From Haladaptatus sp. DJG-WS-42 (lineage in GTDB: Archaea > Halobacteriota > Halobacteria > Halobacteriales > Halococcaceae): a DNA stretch of 24,000 nucleotides. Position numbers and translations under genes: made by a program. The notes under the pieces were generated by a model that worked only from the letters and a program-made list of their open reading frames with translations, searched no databases and was not told where the DNA came from. The DNA lies in NCBI RefSeq assembly GCF_037198285.1, contig NZ_CP147243.1, forward strand, positions 1,642,422-1,666,421. The letters are read 5' to 3'. Below, piece after piece: positions 1 through 8,719 of this stretch (within the stretch, counting starts at the first letter, position 1; the number at the start of each line of letters is the position of its first letter).

Positions 1-599
1 TTAAGCCGACGGAGCAACGCTTCTTTAATATTTCCTGCTTCCGAAGACGCTTCGACCCTGTCGATGAGATCAGAGAGGTCGTAGTACTTACCGTAATCTT
101 CCTCTGCCTGTTCGATAACCCGGGCAAGGAGGCCTGACTGCGCTTGCGTCTCATCAATGTCGAGGAGAAATAGCCAATCACCGACGTCCAGCTCTGAGGG
201 GTAAAGTTCGAACCCTTTGTGGAAATATTCCTTTGCTTCCTCGTACTTATCCTCCAATCCAGCTGGATAATAGACAGAGACTGGGTACGACTGGGGGGAT
301 AGCCCCCAATCATTCAAACTATCTGATTCAGGATTCTCGACCTGCAAACTCCAGTAGATACCCATTGCATCTACGATGATGCCAGAAAGGTTTCCTTTGG
401 CCGCCGCTGGAAGAGTCATTAGCTCCTCCATTAGAACCCCTAGCGTGTGCGACTTGCCAGTTCCTCGCTTGCCACAAATGGTGACCATATGAGGGTTGTT
501 GAGATCTAGATACACGTCCTCGGTGAGTTCTCCATTAGTGTCAAATCTCCGACCGAGATACGCAGCGAGTTCTTCCTTGTCACCACCGATGAGCGTCAT
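1..599 (-). CDS. HerA/DUF87-like P-loop ATPase, N-terminal part only (3' end lies beyond the window)
   Basis: Hand translation of the minus strand from the ATG at 599-597 gives MTLIGGDKEELAAYLGRRFDTNGELTEDVYLDLNNPHMVTICGKRGTGKSHTLGVLMEELMTL... It has Walker A GKRGTGKS in the context typical of HerA/DUF87 ATPases. I checked positions 1-120 and 450-599 codon by codon and found no in-frame stop; the middle was only read through quickly. The ATG overlaps the TGA of the upstream 1286-aa gene (ATGA at 596-599). The gene is absent from the ORF track because it has no stop in the window. Confidence 0.7.
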   Translation of the reverse strand, partial: MTLIGGDKEELAAYLGRRFDTNGELTEDVYLDLNNPHMVTICGKRGTGKSHTLGVLMEELMTLPAAAKGNLSGIIVDAMGIYWSLQVENPESDSLNDWGLSPQSYPVSVYYPAGLEDKYEEAKEYFHKGFELYPSELDVGDWLFLLDIDETQAQSGLLARVIEQAEEDYGKYYDLSDLIDRVEASSEAGNIKEALLRRL

Positions 600-3500
600 T
601 GATCTCCACCCTCCTGTGTCCATCGTCTTATCAACACGGCCTGCATCATTTCCGCTGTATCAGAGTTGATATCGAGCGCTCTGACTAACTGACGTACCTC
701 CTCTTTGTTATTTAGGTCCTTGACGGCATCATTTAGGCTTGTTCCGGCGACCATTACCTTATCCGGGGAGACAGAACCGCCCAAGTCATGGATGATCTCT
801 TCGAGATCATTCTCGTCGAAGGAGGCTTCTGCGAGCTTCTTTTCTGTGTCAATCCACTGACCCCAGAGACTGTTGTACTGCTTGGCATCAAATTCACCAA
901 GAGACTGGTCCAGCATCTCGGAACATTGGTTGAGGAAGCGTTTCCCCCGATCAAGAAGTGCTTTCTCCCCTTCTGGAATTTGTGGCTCGTACACCTTGAG
1001 CTGTTCTCTCGCACGTTCTATTTTCTCTTCTTCTGTTTCGACGGCACTTGTAAAGCGAGACTGGAGGTTCTCTGAGTCTCTATCCAACAATTCCTGGTGT
1101 TCGGATGAATCGTACTGTTCAACGTTTGGGACGATTTGCCGCCGAGTACGACTGAGGTCCTCGTACACCATGCTGGAGTTAATTTCATCATCAATGAATC
1201 GTTGGATGGTACTCTCGATATCAGCACCTACGATAGATTGGTTGACATCGTGGCTGGCAAGATGGTCCCCAATGCTATCGATACACGAAATCTCGATACC
1301 GCCTGACTCGATATCAACATTACCGTTTATTAGTAAATCCAGGGTTTCCTTGCCAGAGATTACTGAATCCTTTTGACTGACAATATCTTTTGCCTCCTCA
1401 AGCTGTGCTACTAGATGTTCGAGCGAATCGTGGATTAGGAATGGTAGCCCTGCTTCAAATTCGTTGAAGTCGCGTACAGCACTGATGTAGTCCGATACAT
1501 CTGTCTCTGCATACACATCGTACGACTGTATGGTCCGGATACGCTGTTTTAGATTATCGGAATCAGTCGTGAAATCGGTCTCAAGATCCTTCTCAAGTCT
1601 CTTGAGGTCAGCGACGTCATCAATGTCATCCAACTCACCATACTGTTGCTTCAGTGATTCAAGTTTTGTGAGACCCTCGTTGTCAACTCTCCCTTGGAGG
1701 AGAGCTTCCCGCTTGATAGCATCGTGGTATGAGCTTTTTACACTCTCACGAACCACCGTGACTTTACTATCAGGGAGAATAATTTTATCATCAGTGTCAC
1801 CACCCAGCACGAATGGGGCACCATGAAGGCTAACTACCGCCAAGATAAGATACAGATATGCTTTTGCGACGGGTGCTACTTTTGAGGTCCCGAAAACAGT
1901 TTTGACGATCTCGCTGAAGCTTAATTCATCATTCTCCGCCTCTTTGAGTTCCTCCTCGAGTTTGTTGATTACCTTACGGGTACCTTCGCTGAATTCGTCT
2001 GTGACTTCGTAGGAGTCTCCGTCCTTCTTGAGGAACTGCTCTGACTCGAACTCAGAGAACATCTGTCTAAGCTCATCACCAGACTTCTTACCTCGGTCAA
2101 CATTCGGAATATTATTCATCGTTTTTTGAATATCAAAATCAATGCCCTCGTAGAGCAATTTTCCCTTCTCTTGGAGGTTTTTTGTTGCATAGACAAAATC
2201 AAGGACATCTCCCCCAATATGTCCATTCGAGAATCCGAGAAGTTCAGTGACGTATTCTCCATTTCCGTACTGCCCTTTAGCGTTCCTGGTCACGTACCTC
2301 AACACCGAGAACATTCTCTCCGGCGATGTGAGCGCACCTACTTCATCAGGTATCTCTCTCCCGAGGATATCAAGAAGGGAAATGTTGAGGAAAACTCGAT
2401 ATCGCTTGAATTCATCTTCCCCGGGATAGATGTCGTTAATGTATGCTAGAAGTGTGCTGGTACTATTTTCACTATCGATATGTTCATCGATTTGTCTGTT
2501 CAAATCATCTTGAATATCGTCAGAGATGTTTGAAGCTCTATTATGGAGTTCACGGACAACGAATTCAGCCGGACGCTTGTCGTCTTCGCTGGGGCCAAGA
2601 TGGATCCCAAATTTGAGTGCATCAGACTGTTTGATAGCCTCCCACTCTTCCGGAGGTCCCGATGTGCCAACTGAAAGGTACACTTTTTCTGTGTACTGAG
2701 TATCTCCGAGAACATCTATTTCTAGATAATTTGACCTGGAGATGATTTCAGAGCCTCCTTCGAGTTGGGTCTCCAGAGCATCTTTCCAGAGGTCCAGAGT
2801 ACTTTTGATATCTGCCTCGAAATTTTCAATTGTATCCTCGACAAGTTTCGACGTTGGTTTTGTTGGGTCCGTAGTCGCGTTACCTGTGAGTATGTTTTGG
2901 TAGAGCACCAAGTATTCGCCATCACGGTCGATATATTCTGATTGGGATGCTGCCTGCCGAGTTAATTCCTTGACGCTGGTGGTGAGTTCGATTTCAGCAT
3001 CCTTCGCAAGCTGCTCGACTTGTGCAGGAGAGAACAGTGCAGGTTGGTCGTTCCGATTTAGAATTGCTTCACGGGCGATAGCAGTAAGAATCCGTTGGAG
3101 CGAACGTGAGTCTGAATAGTCTTCCTCTATCTGTTCTTGAATCGTTCGTTCCCCAGGCAATTGGCTCAGTTCTGCCCGCTTGATTTTCCCTAATCGGTTA
3201 CGAACTGAATCACCATGCTTGTACAGATACTCCCCATCAATACGACTCTCTCCGTCCCATTCTCGAAGGAACGCCATGAGAATCGTTTTAAAAGCTCGAA
3301 ACGAAAGGACCACGCGATTGTCTCCATCCCCTGCTTTCTGGGAATCGACGACAGAGAGAACAATCTCGAGGGCATCGGTAGTAAATGGATAGGCGTAATC
3401 TTCATCTCCGGACTCGGCATTGTCGAGCGTTTCGTGCCACTCCGGAACCTCGTCACGATAGTCGGTGAGTAATGGATACGTGTAGAGATGATATAGTTCG

Positions 3501-4456
3501 GAGAACAGATGCATTGTCTCCCCTTGCGCGAGGTTAATGCTATAATTCACGCTACCTCTTATTCGATCAACCGTGTCCTCGGGAGCTTGGATGGAATCTT
3601 CAAGCTCCTCCAAACCAACCGAGTTAATGAAGAGAATGTATGGGGGCGCTTCCAAATTGGCGTGCGAGTCCACTGTGCTTCTCATCATCTCCCGGATGAG
3701 TCCTTTTAGGTCGCTTTTTTCGTTTGGCCCAATGCCGCGGAATGTCTGTTCAAACTCGTCAATGTAGAACGCGGGATATTTCCCTTCAGCCTCGTAGTAT
3801 TCTTCGGCAAACCAAGTGACTGTATGATGGGCACCAGACGCTGAGAGAGACTTACAGGCACGAGAAATGTCATCTATTGACTCGGGTTCGTCGAAGAGTT
3901 GTTTGAGTTCGTCGGAGAGTTTTGGAGGCAGGTTATCGTATCTATCTAGCGACAGCGTAGATTTCTCATCGTCGAACCGGTCTAGGAGAACGCGTTCTGT
4001 CAGTTTCTCAGACTTGAGCACCGATTCGTATATAGCGAGAAGCAGTTCGTTAGGCGTGTTGTTATCCTGAAGGCTAATCTGGAAACAGTCGATTTCTGTC
4101 TCGCCATAGGTGAGTTGTGGGAACTCGACACCTCCTATTTCGGTAGGACCTAGGCAAAGGTCGGCGACACATTTCATAAGGACTGTTTTACCAGAGCCAT
4201 AAGCACCGTGTAGAAATACCCCGGGTGTTTCCGTGGTCTGTAAGCGATTGTGGATACTGTTCAAAATCTCTTGGCGGCGGGGAGTGAGTATAAAATCCGA
4301 CTCGTTCTCAACGAATGCCTCGAAGGTAGGGAGGTCGTTCTCATTGATAAGTTTCTGACACTCCTGTCGAACCCGACGGATTGTTTGCTGATCGAGAACC
4401 TGTACAACTTTATCTCGAACATCTTCGTATGACTTCTGCTGTTGTGTCGAACTCAT
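596..4456 (-). CDS. Large (1286 aa) acidic P-loop NTPase, BrxC/PglY-like by size and PglZ neighbourhood
   Basis: This is an uninterrupted 3.9-kb ORF in AT-rich DNA. It has N-terminal Walker A GVFLHGAYGSGKTVLMK and a candidate Walker B AFYIDEFE. It lies in the same operon as a PglZ-domain gene, and its start codon overlaps the stop of the 104-aa gene (ATGA at 4453-4456). The family assignment is contextual and was not verified by alignment. Confidence 0.6.
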   Translation of the reverse strand: MSSTQQQKSYEDVRDKVVQVLDQQTIRRVRQECQKLINENDLPTFEAFVENESDFILTPRRQEILNSIHNRLQTTETPGVFLHGAYGSGKTVLMKCVADLCLGPTEIGGVEFPQLTYGETEIDCFQISLQDNNTPNELLLAIYESVLKSEKLTERVLLDRFDDEKSTLSLDRYDNLPPKLSDELKQLFDEPESIDDISRACKSLSASGAHHTVTWFAEEYYEAEGKYPAFYIDEFEQTFRGIGPNEKSDLKGLIREMMRSTVDSHANLEAPPYILFINSVGLEELEDSIQAPEDTVDRIRGSVNYSINLAQGETMHLFSELYHLYTYPLLTDYRDEVPEWHETLDNAESGDEDYAYPFTTDALEIVLSVVDSQKAGDGDNRVVLSFRAFKTILMAFLREWDGESRIDGEYLYKHGDSVRNRLGKIKRAELSQLPGERTIQEQIEEDYSDSRSLQRILTAIAREAILNRNDQPALFSPAQVEQLAKDAEIELTTSVKELTRQAASQSEYIDRDGEYLVLYQNILTGNATTDPTKPTSKLVEDTIENFEADIKSTLDLWKDALETQLEGGSEIISRSNYLEIDVLGDTQYTEKVYLSVGTSGPPEEWEAIKQSDALKFGIHLGPSEDDKRPAEFVVRELHNRASNISDDIQDDLNRQIDEHIDSENSTSTLLAYINDIYPGEDEFKRYRVFLNISLLDILGREIPDEVGALTSPERMFSVLRYVTRNAKGQYGNGEYVTELLGFSNGHIGGDVLDFVYATKNLQEKGKLLYEGIDFDIQKTMNNIPNVDRGKKSGDELRQMFSEFESEQFLKKDGDSYEVTDEFSEGTRKVINKLEEELKEAENDELSFSEIVKTVFGTSKVAPVAKAYLYLILAVVSLHGAPFVLGGDTDDKIILPDSKVTVVRESVKSSYHDAIKREALLQGRVDNEGLTKLESLKQQYGELDDIDDVADLKRLEKDLETDFTTDSDNLKQRIRTIQSYDVYAETDVSDYISAVRDFNEFEAGLPFLIHDSLEHLVAQLEEAKDIVSQKDSVISGKETLDLLINGNVDIESGGIEISCIDSIGDHLASHDVNQSIVGADIESTIQRFIDDEINSSMVYEDLSRTRRQIVPNVEQYDSSEHQELLDRDSENLQSRFTSAVETEEEKIERAREQLKVYEPQIPEGEKALLDRGKRFLNQCSEMLDQSLGEFDAKQYNSLWGQWIDTEKKLAEASFDENDLEEIIHDLGGSVSPDKVMVAGTSLNDAVKDLNNKEEVRQLVRALDINSDTAEMMQAVLIRRWTQEGGDQ

Positions 4457-4767
4457 GGCTTGATATGATGGAATGTTAGTGCGTGGGACAGTTCGTCTGC
4501 TTTCTCAATTATGTAGATTCGTTCCCCTGAGACCCTATGTTCCTGAATCATGTTTGGATACATTGCGAGGACAATTCGTTTTCCGTCTCCATCGTCAGTC
4601 TCGCGTCTTTGAACACCCGTGGACCATTCTTCACCGAGGTACTGTTGGATATCTTGAATGAATTCTCGAAGTTCGTCGTAACTAGATCGGACGTCGTCGA
4701 TCGTGATAACGGCGATATTCTTTCCGGGCTGACCAATATACTCACGGATGTTAATAATCAAAGACAT
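4453..4767 (-). CDS. Hypothetical protein (104 aa), operon member
   Basis: The ORF fits exactly between its neighbours, with a 1-nt overlap (TAATG) at 4767 and a 4-nt overlap (ATGA) at 4453-4456. Its composition is acidic like the neighbours. I recognised no motif. Confidence 0.6.
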   Translation of the reverse strand: MSLIINIREYIGQPGKNIAVITIDDVRSSYDELREFIQDIQQYLGEEWSTGVQRRETDDGDGKRIVLAMYPNMIQEHRVSGERIYIIEKADELSHALTFHHIKP

Positions 4768-5534
4768 TAGGAAAGTAGTTGGATGTATTCCTTACCACCA
4801 CGACGGTACACTCGAACTTCATTGTCTGCTTCAAGAGCGGACACAACCTCTTCCAGCCGTGAGATATCCCACCCAAACGTCATTACCGCCTTGTCTTCTA
4901 ATGCGGAGTAAGACATCTCTGAGTCTTCTTCACGGATTATTTCCTTGATGAGTGTCCTATCGTCACCACGTAAATTAGTGTATATAGACGGGTTGATTTC
5001 ATACCCGTTATCAACCTTCTCTACAATGCCGAAAGATTGGAGTATACCTCCTATTGTCCCGGCAGTTACGGTGTTTCCTCCTTCCCCCTCCGTCATCAAC
5101 GTGTTAATTTCATCCGTTAGGGAGGAACCGAGGCCATATTTTCCCGAGTGTACCTTATCATCAAAGGCACCGATAGTGCGGTGGAAGTAAGTGAAATTGG
5201 TTCTTGACTTTCGCTCTAGCAATCGGAAGGCTTCTTGTTCAAATCTATCAGCATCCAGGAGTTGGCGACCTTCTTCGGTGAGTGATACAACTCCCTCATC
5301 GTCTCCATGGATGATTTCTATTGATGTGTTGTTGTCATCAAAGGCGAACTTTAGCCACTCGTCAACATCCTTGAATGGTTGAGATTCGCTTAGCTCATTC
5401 TCCTGTTCCATGAGCTCACGAAGCTCTGTTTTCGTGACCTTGTCCTTGTATCCCACCATCTCCACCAAGAGTCTAAGCCCTCGCAAGAACTCTTGACGTC
5501 CGATTCGTGGAATCGATTTATATGTCCTTGTCAT
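4767..5534 (-). CDS. Hypothetical protein (255 aa), possible C-terminal winged-helix domain
   Basis: The ORF overlaps the PglZ gene 3' end by 17 nt (5518-5534). Its C-terminus SYSALEDKAVMTFGWDISRLEEVVSALEADNEVRVYRRGGKEYIQLL resembles a wHTH. It has no catalytic motifs. Confidence 0.6.
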   Translation of the reverse strand: MTRTYKSIPRIGRQEFLRGLRLLVEMVGYKDKVTKTELRELMEQENELSESQPFKDVDEWLKFAFDDNNTSIEIIHGDDEGVVSLTEEGRQLLDADRFEQEAFRLLERKSRTNFTYFHRTIGAFDDKVHSGKYGLGSSLTDEINTLMTEGEGGNTVTAGTIGGILQSFGIVEKVDNGYEINPSIYTNLRGDDRTLIKEIIREEDSEMSYSALEDKAVMTFGWDISRLEEVVSALEADNEVRVYRRGGKEYIQLLS

Positions 5535-8271
5535 GGAATGTCAGTTTAGCAGATGTCATCTCACTGATTGAGGTACCACCGTGATAAGCATGTGCCTTTG
5601 GTACATTCTTAGACACATAACGAGATAACAGGCCGATAGTTGGGTTGTCAAAGATGCTATTGCCTGCTGGCAGATATGTATCATATCCAAACTGAAATAC
5701 GTCTATTGGAGCCGGTGCTGGTTGCCATGCGAACAGATACTTCGAACCGGACACAACAAATGGCTCAGACTGGATAGCTCTGAGTACCTCTGAATCAGAA
5801 GCCGATTCACAAGAGTCTGGTCCGAAATCCCGTGCTCGCTTGACGAGAGTCACATCGCTGAAGTCCCCAATCCCTAGGAGAATTGAATCCTCTCCATCAT
5901 CGAATCGGGCCTCTCCCAGGTTCAATTTATGTGCGTGCAATACATCCACTCTGTCACTCAAGCTACTCTGGGTGAACCTCTCCTGATTGCGTACATCCAA
6001 TACGAGATCTCTTTCTTGTCGGGTGATTTTTCCATGATCTCCCCCTATAACTAATTTCGGGGACTCATCGTGACTGTATTCTGAAATCAATTCCCCAACA
6101 GTCGAGACTAATTCGTCGAGGAAACTCCCTAATGATCGATAATAGTTCTCGAATTCGAACTCTGCCAAGTTTTTGTGCAATAGTGAATCGAAGTCTTCGA
6201 TATAGACTACGAAGGTATCGTTGAGTGCTTCAATCCGTTTTTCGAGATGTTCTGACGGAGCATCTGCATTTCCTGTGAGTAGTTCTTTCCGTTCTTTGAG
6301 GTGGGACTCTAGCTTATTCTCAATCTCTTCATTGATTTCTTCGAGGTTACCTTCTCTTTGGAAGTCTTCCGTCAGCTTAATATTAGCAACCTTTCGAGCG
6401 AAGCGAGTTATGCCAGAGTCGTTGAATTTATTGTTTTGAATTAATTTATAGGATAAATTCGATTCTTCGCCAATGAAATCAAGCTTGTCGAGACTAACCC
6501 TGTTTTTTAGATTAAGGGCCTGATCTTCATTTTTCACTGTCCAGTTGTAGATTCCTGTTCGTTCAGCTGGGAGCCCTGTTAGAATCGTCGCCATTGCTGA
6601 CGGAGTATAGGATGGTATATTCGAGTATAGTGGCTCGACATCAACAGATGGAGAATAGATATCCCACTGTTCCATCAGAGCGAAGTCCATGAACCCAAGA
6701 CTGTCAATGATGACAACTATTTGCAGATCCTCACTTTCGTCGTCAATAAGTTCAGAGATATGATTTCGGTCGGGATTGTCAACAAGACTGGGGTACTCCT
6801 CCACAAGGGCATCGGAGAGCTCGTCGTACTTATCTACCATCGCTTGATGGTACGCATCGGTCCCCGATTCGCCATCTATATTAGTTGTGATAAACTTGGC
6901 CCACTGACTGAAGAATTCTGGAGCAGTATCCAGTGAAGCGTCCATCTGCTGAATCCTGTCTGCCTCAGCTTCAGCTGCACGCCGATATTCCACTCTTCGA
7001 CGGGCCTCCGCAATGGCCGGAATAGAAGTAGACTCTAATCTGCTACCCTGACCACTTGCACGGGCCACTTCGTATAACTCCTCCAATGGGGAAACCCAAT
7101 CCTTGGAATGGAACTCTTCTTCGATAATTGGTGAGCTACTGATGAGTTGTACCTCACTGACACACTCCAGGATAGAATCCACCTGATTGAATGCTTCTTC
7201 TCGCCCTGTAGGCGGTCGATCTCCAATTCGATCCGCTTCCATTACCAACTTATCACGCACAGAAAGTAGAAGCGATCTGATTTCTTCCTTGGAGGCATCT
7301 TGGTATAACAGCCCGAAATATTGTATAAGTGCATCAGCAGCGTCCTCCGGACTCCGCTGGTTGATTCGCTTTTCGGAGTCGAATAGACTCTGATAACCTC
7401 TTTGAACCTGTTCGATGAACTCTCGCCCCCCGTGACCTGCTAGCTCAAGTAACTCGTTGTTGAACAGACGGCCTTTGAGAAGTCTCTCGCGAGCAAGATC
7501 TCGGAACAGTGTCTTAACCTCACCATCTAATGCTCTCCATCGTGTTACAAACTGCCCAGTCTCGTCACCGTACTCGGTGCCATAACGTCGACATATTCCA
7601 TACTCGTATACCTGCCTCTGTGCCTTCTCGGGAAGGTTCTCAAATCGTTCTACTGACCGGACGTCAAGCACGTCCAGATAGAACTCACGGAATTCATCTC
7701 TCTCGTCGCTAAATGATTGATATGAAACGTACATATCCCATGTGTCACCGATCTCTGTCGTCTCGAATACGGAGAGACTAGGGATATTGTCCAGCGCATG
7801 ATTCAAATACGCTTGAAGAAGGAAATCCGGCAACCGAGTGGGGAGATGTTGGACATGATCTCCAGTCAGTTTTTTGTAAACTTGTCTTCTAACATGGTTA
7901 GGATCGTCTATTTCGAAACTCTCCGGCTGAAAAAAGCGTGTTCCACGGCAAGAGTCTATTTTTTGCACAAGTGGTGATGGACAGAAGAAAACAACATTCC
8001 CAGAACCGTCTTTTTTTATGATGAACTCCACGGCAGCAAAGATCGTCTCTTGTAGTTCCTTTACATTAGACGGCATCGGTAATGCGCGTGTAGTATCCAA
8101 GTCGCCGATTAATACGTTGAGTGCTCGCTTACTCTCTGGGATAGGATAATTGGTTGGAATATAGTTGATACCTCCAGACTTTTCCTGAAGTCTCTCTTTG
8201 GTGTTCTCCAAACCATCCAGAGGTTCAAAGGAGAACCATTCCTCAATAGTTTTTGATAACTCGTGAATCAT
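5518..8271 (-). CDS. pglZ: PglZ-domain (alkaline-phosphatase superfamily) protein, 917 aa
   Basis: Three PglZ-type motifs are present: the metal-binding Asp context VVIIDSLGFMDF, the nucleophile loop SNIPSYTPSAMATILTGLPAERTG, and the C-terminal AYHGGTSISEM (HGG-S-x-x-E). It is the first gene of a five-gene overlapping operon. Confidence 0.8.
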   Translation of the reverse strand: MIHELSKTIEEWFSFEPLDGLENTKERLQEKSGGINYIPTNYPIPESKRALNVLIGDLDTTRALPMPSNVKELQETIFAAVEFIIKKDGSGNVVFFCPSPLVQKIDSCRGTRFFQPESFEIDDPNHVRRQVYKKLTGDHVQHLPTRLPDFLLQAYLNHALDNIPSLSVFETTEIGDTWDMYVSYQSFSDERDEFREFYLDVLDVRSVERFENLPEKAQRQVYEYGICRRYGTEYGDETGQFVTRWRALDGEVKTLFRDLARERLLKGRLFNNELLELAGHGGREFIEQVQRGYQSLFDSEKRINQRSPEDAADALIQYFGLLYQDASKEEIRSLLLSVRDKLVMEADRIGDRPPTGREEAFNQVDSILECVSEVQLISSSPIIEEEFHSKDWVSPLEELYEVARASGQGSRLESTSIPAIAEARRRVEYRRAAEAEADRIQQMDASLDTAPEFFSQWAKFITTNIDGESGTDAYHQAMVDKYDELSDALVEEYPSLVDNPDRNHISELIDDESEDLQIVVIIDSLGFMDFALMEQWDIYSPSVDVEPLYSNIPSYTPSAMATILTGLPAERTGIYNWTVKNEDQALNLKNRVSLDKLDFIGEESNLSYKLIQNNKFNDSGITRFARKVANIKLTEDFQREGNLEEINEEIENKLESHLKERKELLTGNADAPSEHLEKRIEALNDTFVVYIEDFDSLLHKNLAEFEFENYYRSLGSFLDELVSTVGELISEYSHDESPKLVIGGDHGKITRQERDLVLDVRNQERFTQSSLSDRVDVLHAHKLNLGEARFDDGEDSILLGIGDFSDVTLVKRARDFGPDSCESASDSEVLRAIQSEPFVVSGSKYLFAWQPAPAPIDVFQFGYDTYLPAGNSIFDNPTIGLLSRYVSKNVPKAHAYHGGTSISEMTSAKLTFHDKDI

Positions 8272-8719
8272 GACATTAACGACCTAGCCGTACTAGTAAT
8301 ATTTTTATGAGATAGTATATCAAGCGACATAATATCTTCGGGTAGTCTCGAAGAAGCAGAACTAAGCAGAAAACTACGAATCTCCAGAACAACTCAAAGC
8401 CGGATAGTAATGTGTCGGCCTGAGAAAGGCGTGGCAAACATGACTTAGGTAAGTATTCCAGCTCAGACGGGGTTTTAATCTACACATCGTTAAATGTGAT
8501 TTTAGATGATGGTTATATTTTAGCATAATGTAGTGCCGTACGGCTCGAGGCAGAGTGTTGGTTTCCAATTCAAGACCAGGGGCTGAACCGTGCCTACTGA
8601 TGTTGTTCGAATTGGTCGCTCTGGTTATGTGACAGACCTACCTGCTGATACCTGTCTGTGTTAGACCTCACCGAGTTACGAAGGGCCTATTACATACAGA
8701 ATTGAATCACTGATAGAGA
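8272..8719. promoter_or_regulatory. Divergent promoter/control region between the PglZ operon and the TGT operon
   Basis: This is a 448-bp AT-rich non-coding spacer between divergent first genes. There are TATA-like A/T runs near both genes: ATAAAAATAT on the minus strand at about 8305-8316, and CTATTACATA at about 8685-8694, about 30 nt before the ATG at 8720. An inverted repeat ACAGAC...GTCTGT lies at about 8633-8660. Promoter positions are guesses. Confidence 0.35.

Noticed and set aside
788-4432. Numerous 60-167-aa ORFs inside or antisense to the 1286-aa ATPase gene
   Set aside because: They are nested within a 3.9-kb uninterrupted ORF with a Walker A motif. Their composition is Ser/Leu/Arg-rich, which marks them as antisense artefacts.
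8374-8568. 64-aa ORF in the divergent spacer
   Set aside because: It is basic and Cys/His/Leu-rich, unlike every other protein here, and has no start context. This is more likely non-coding regulatory DNA.
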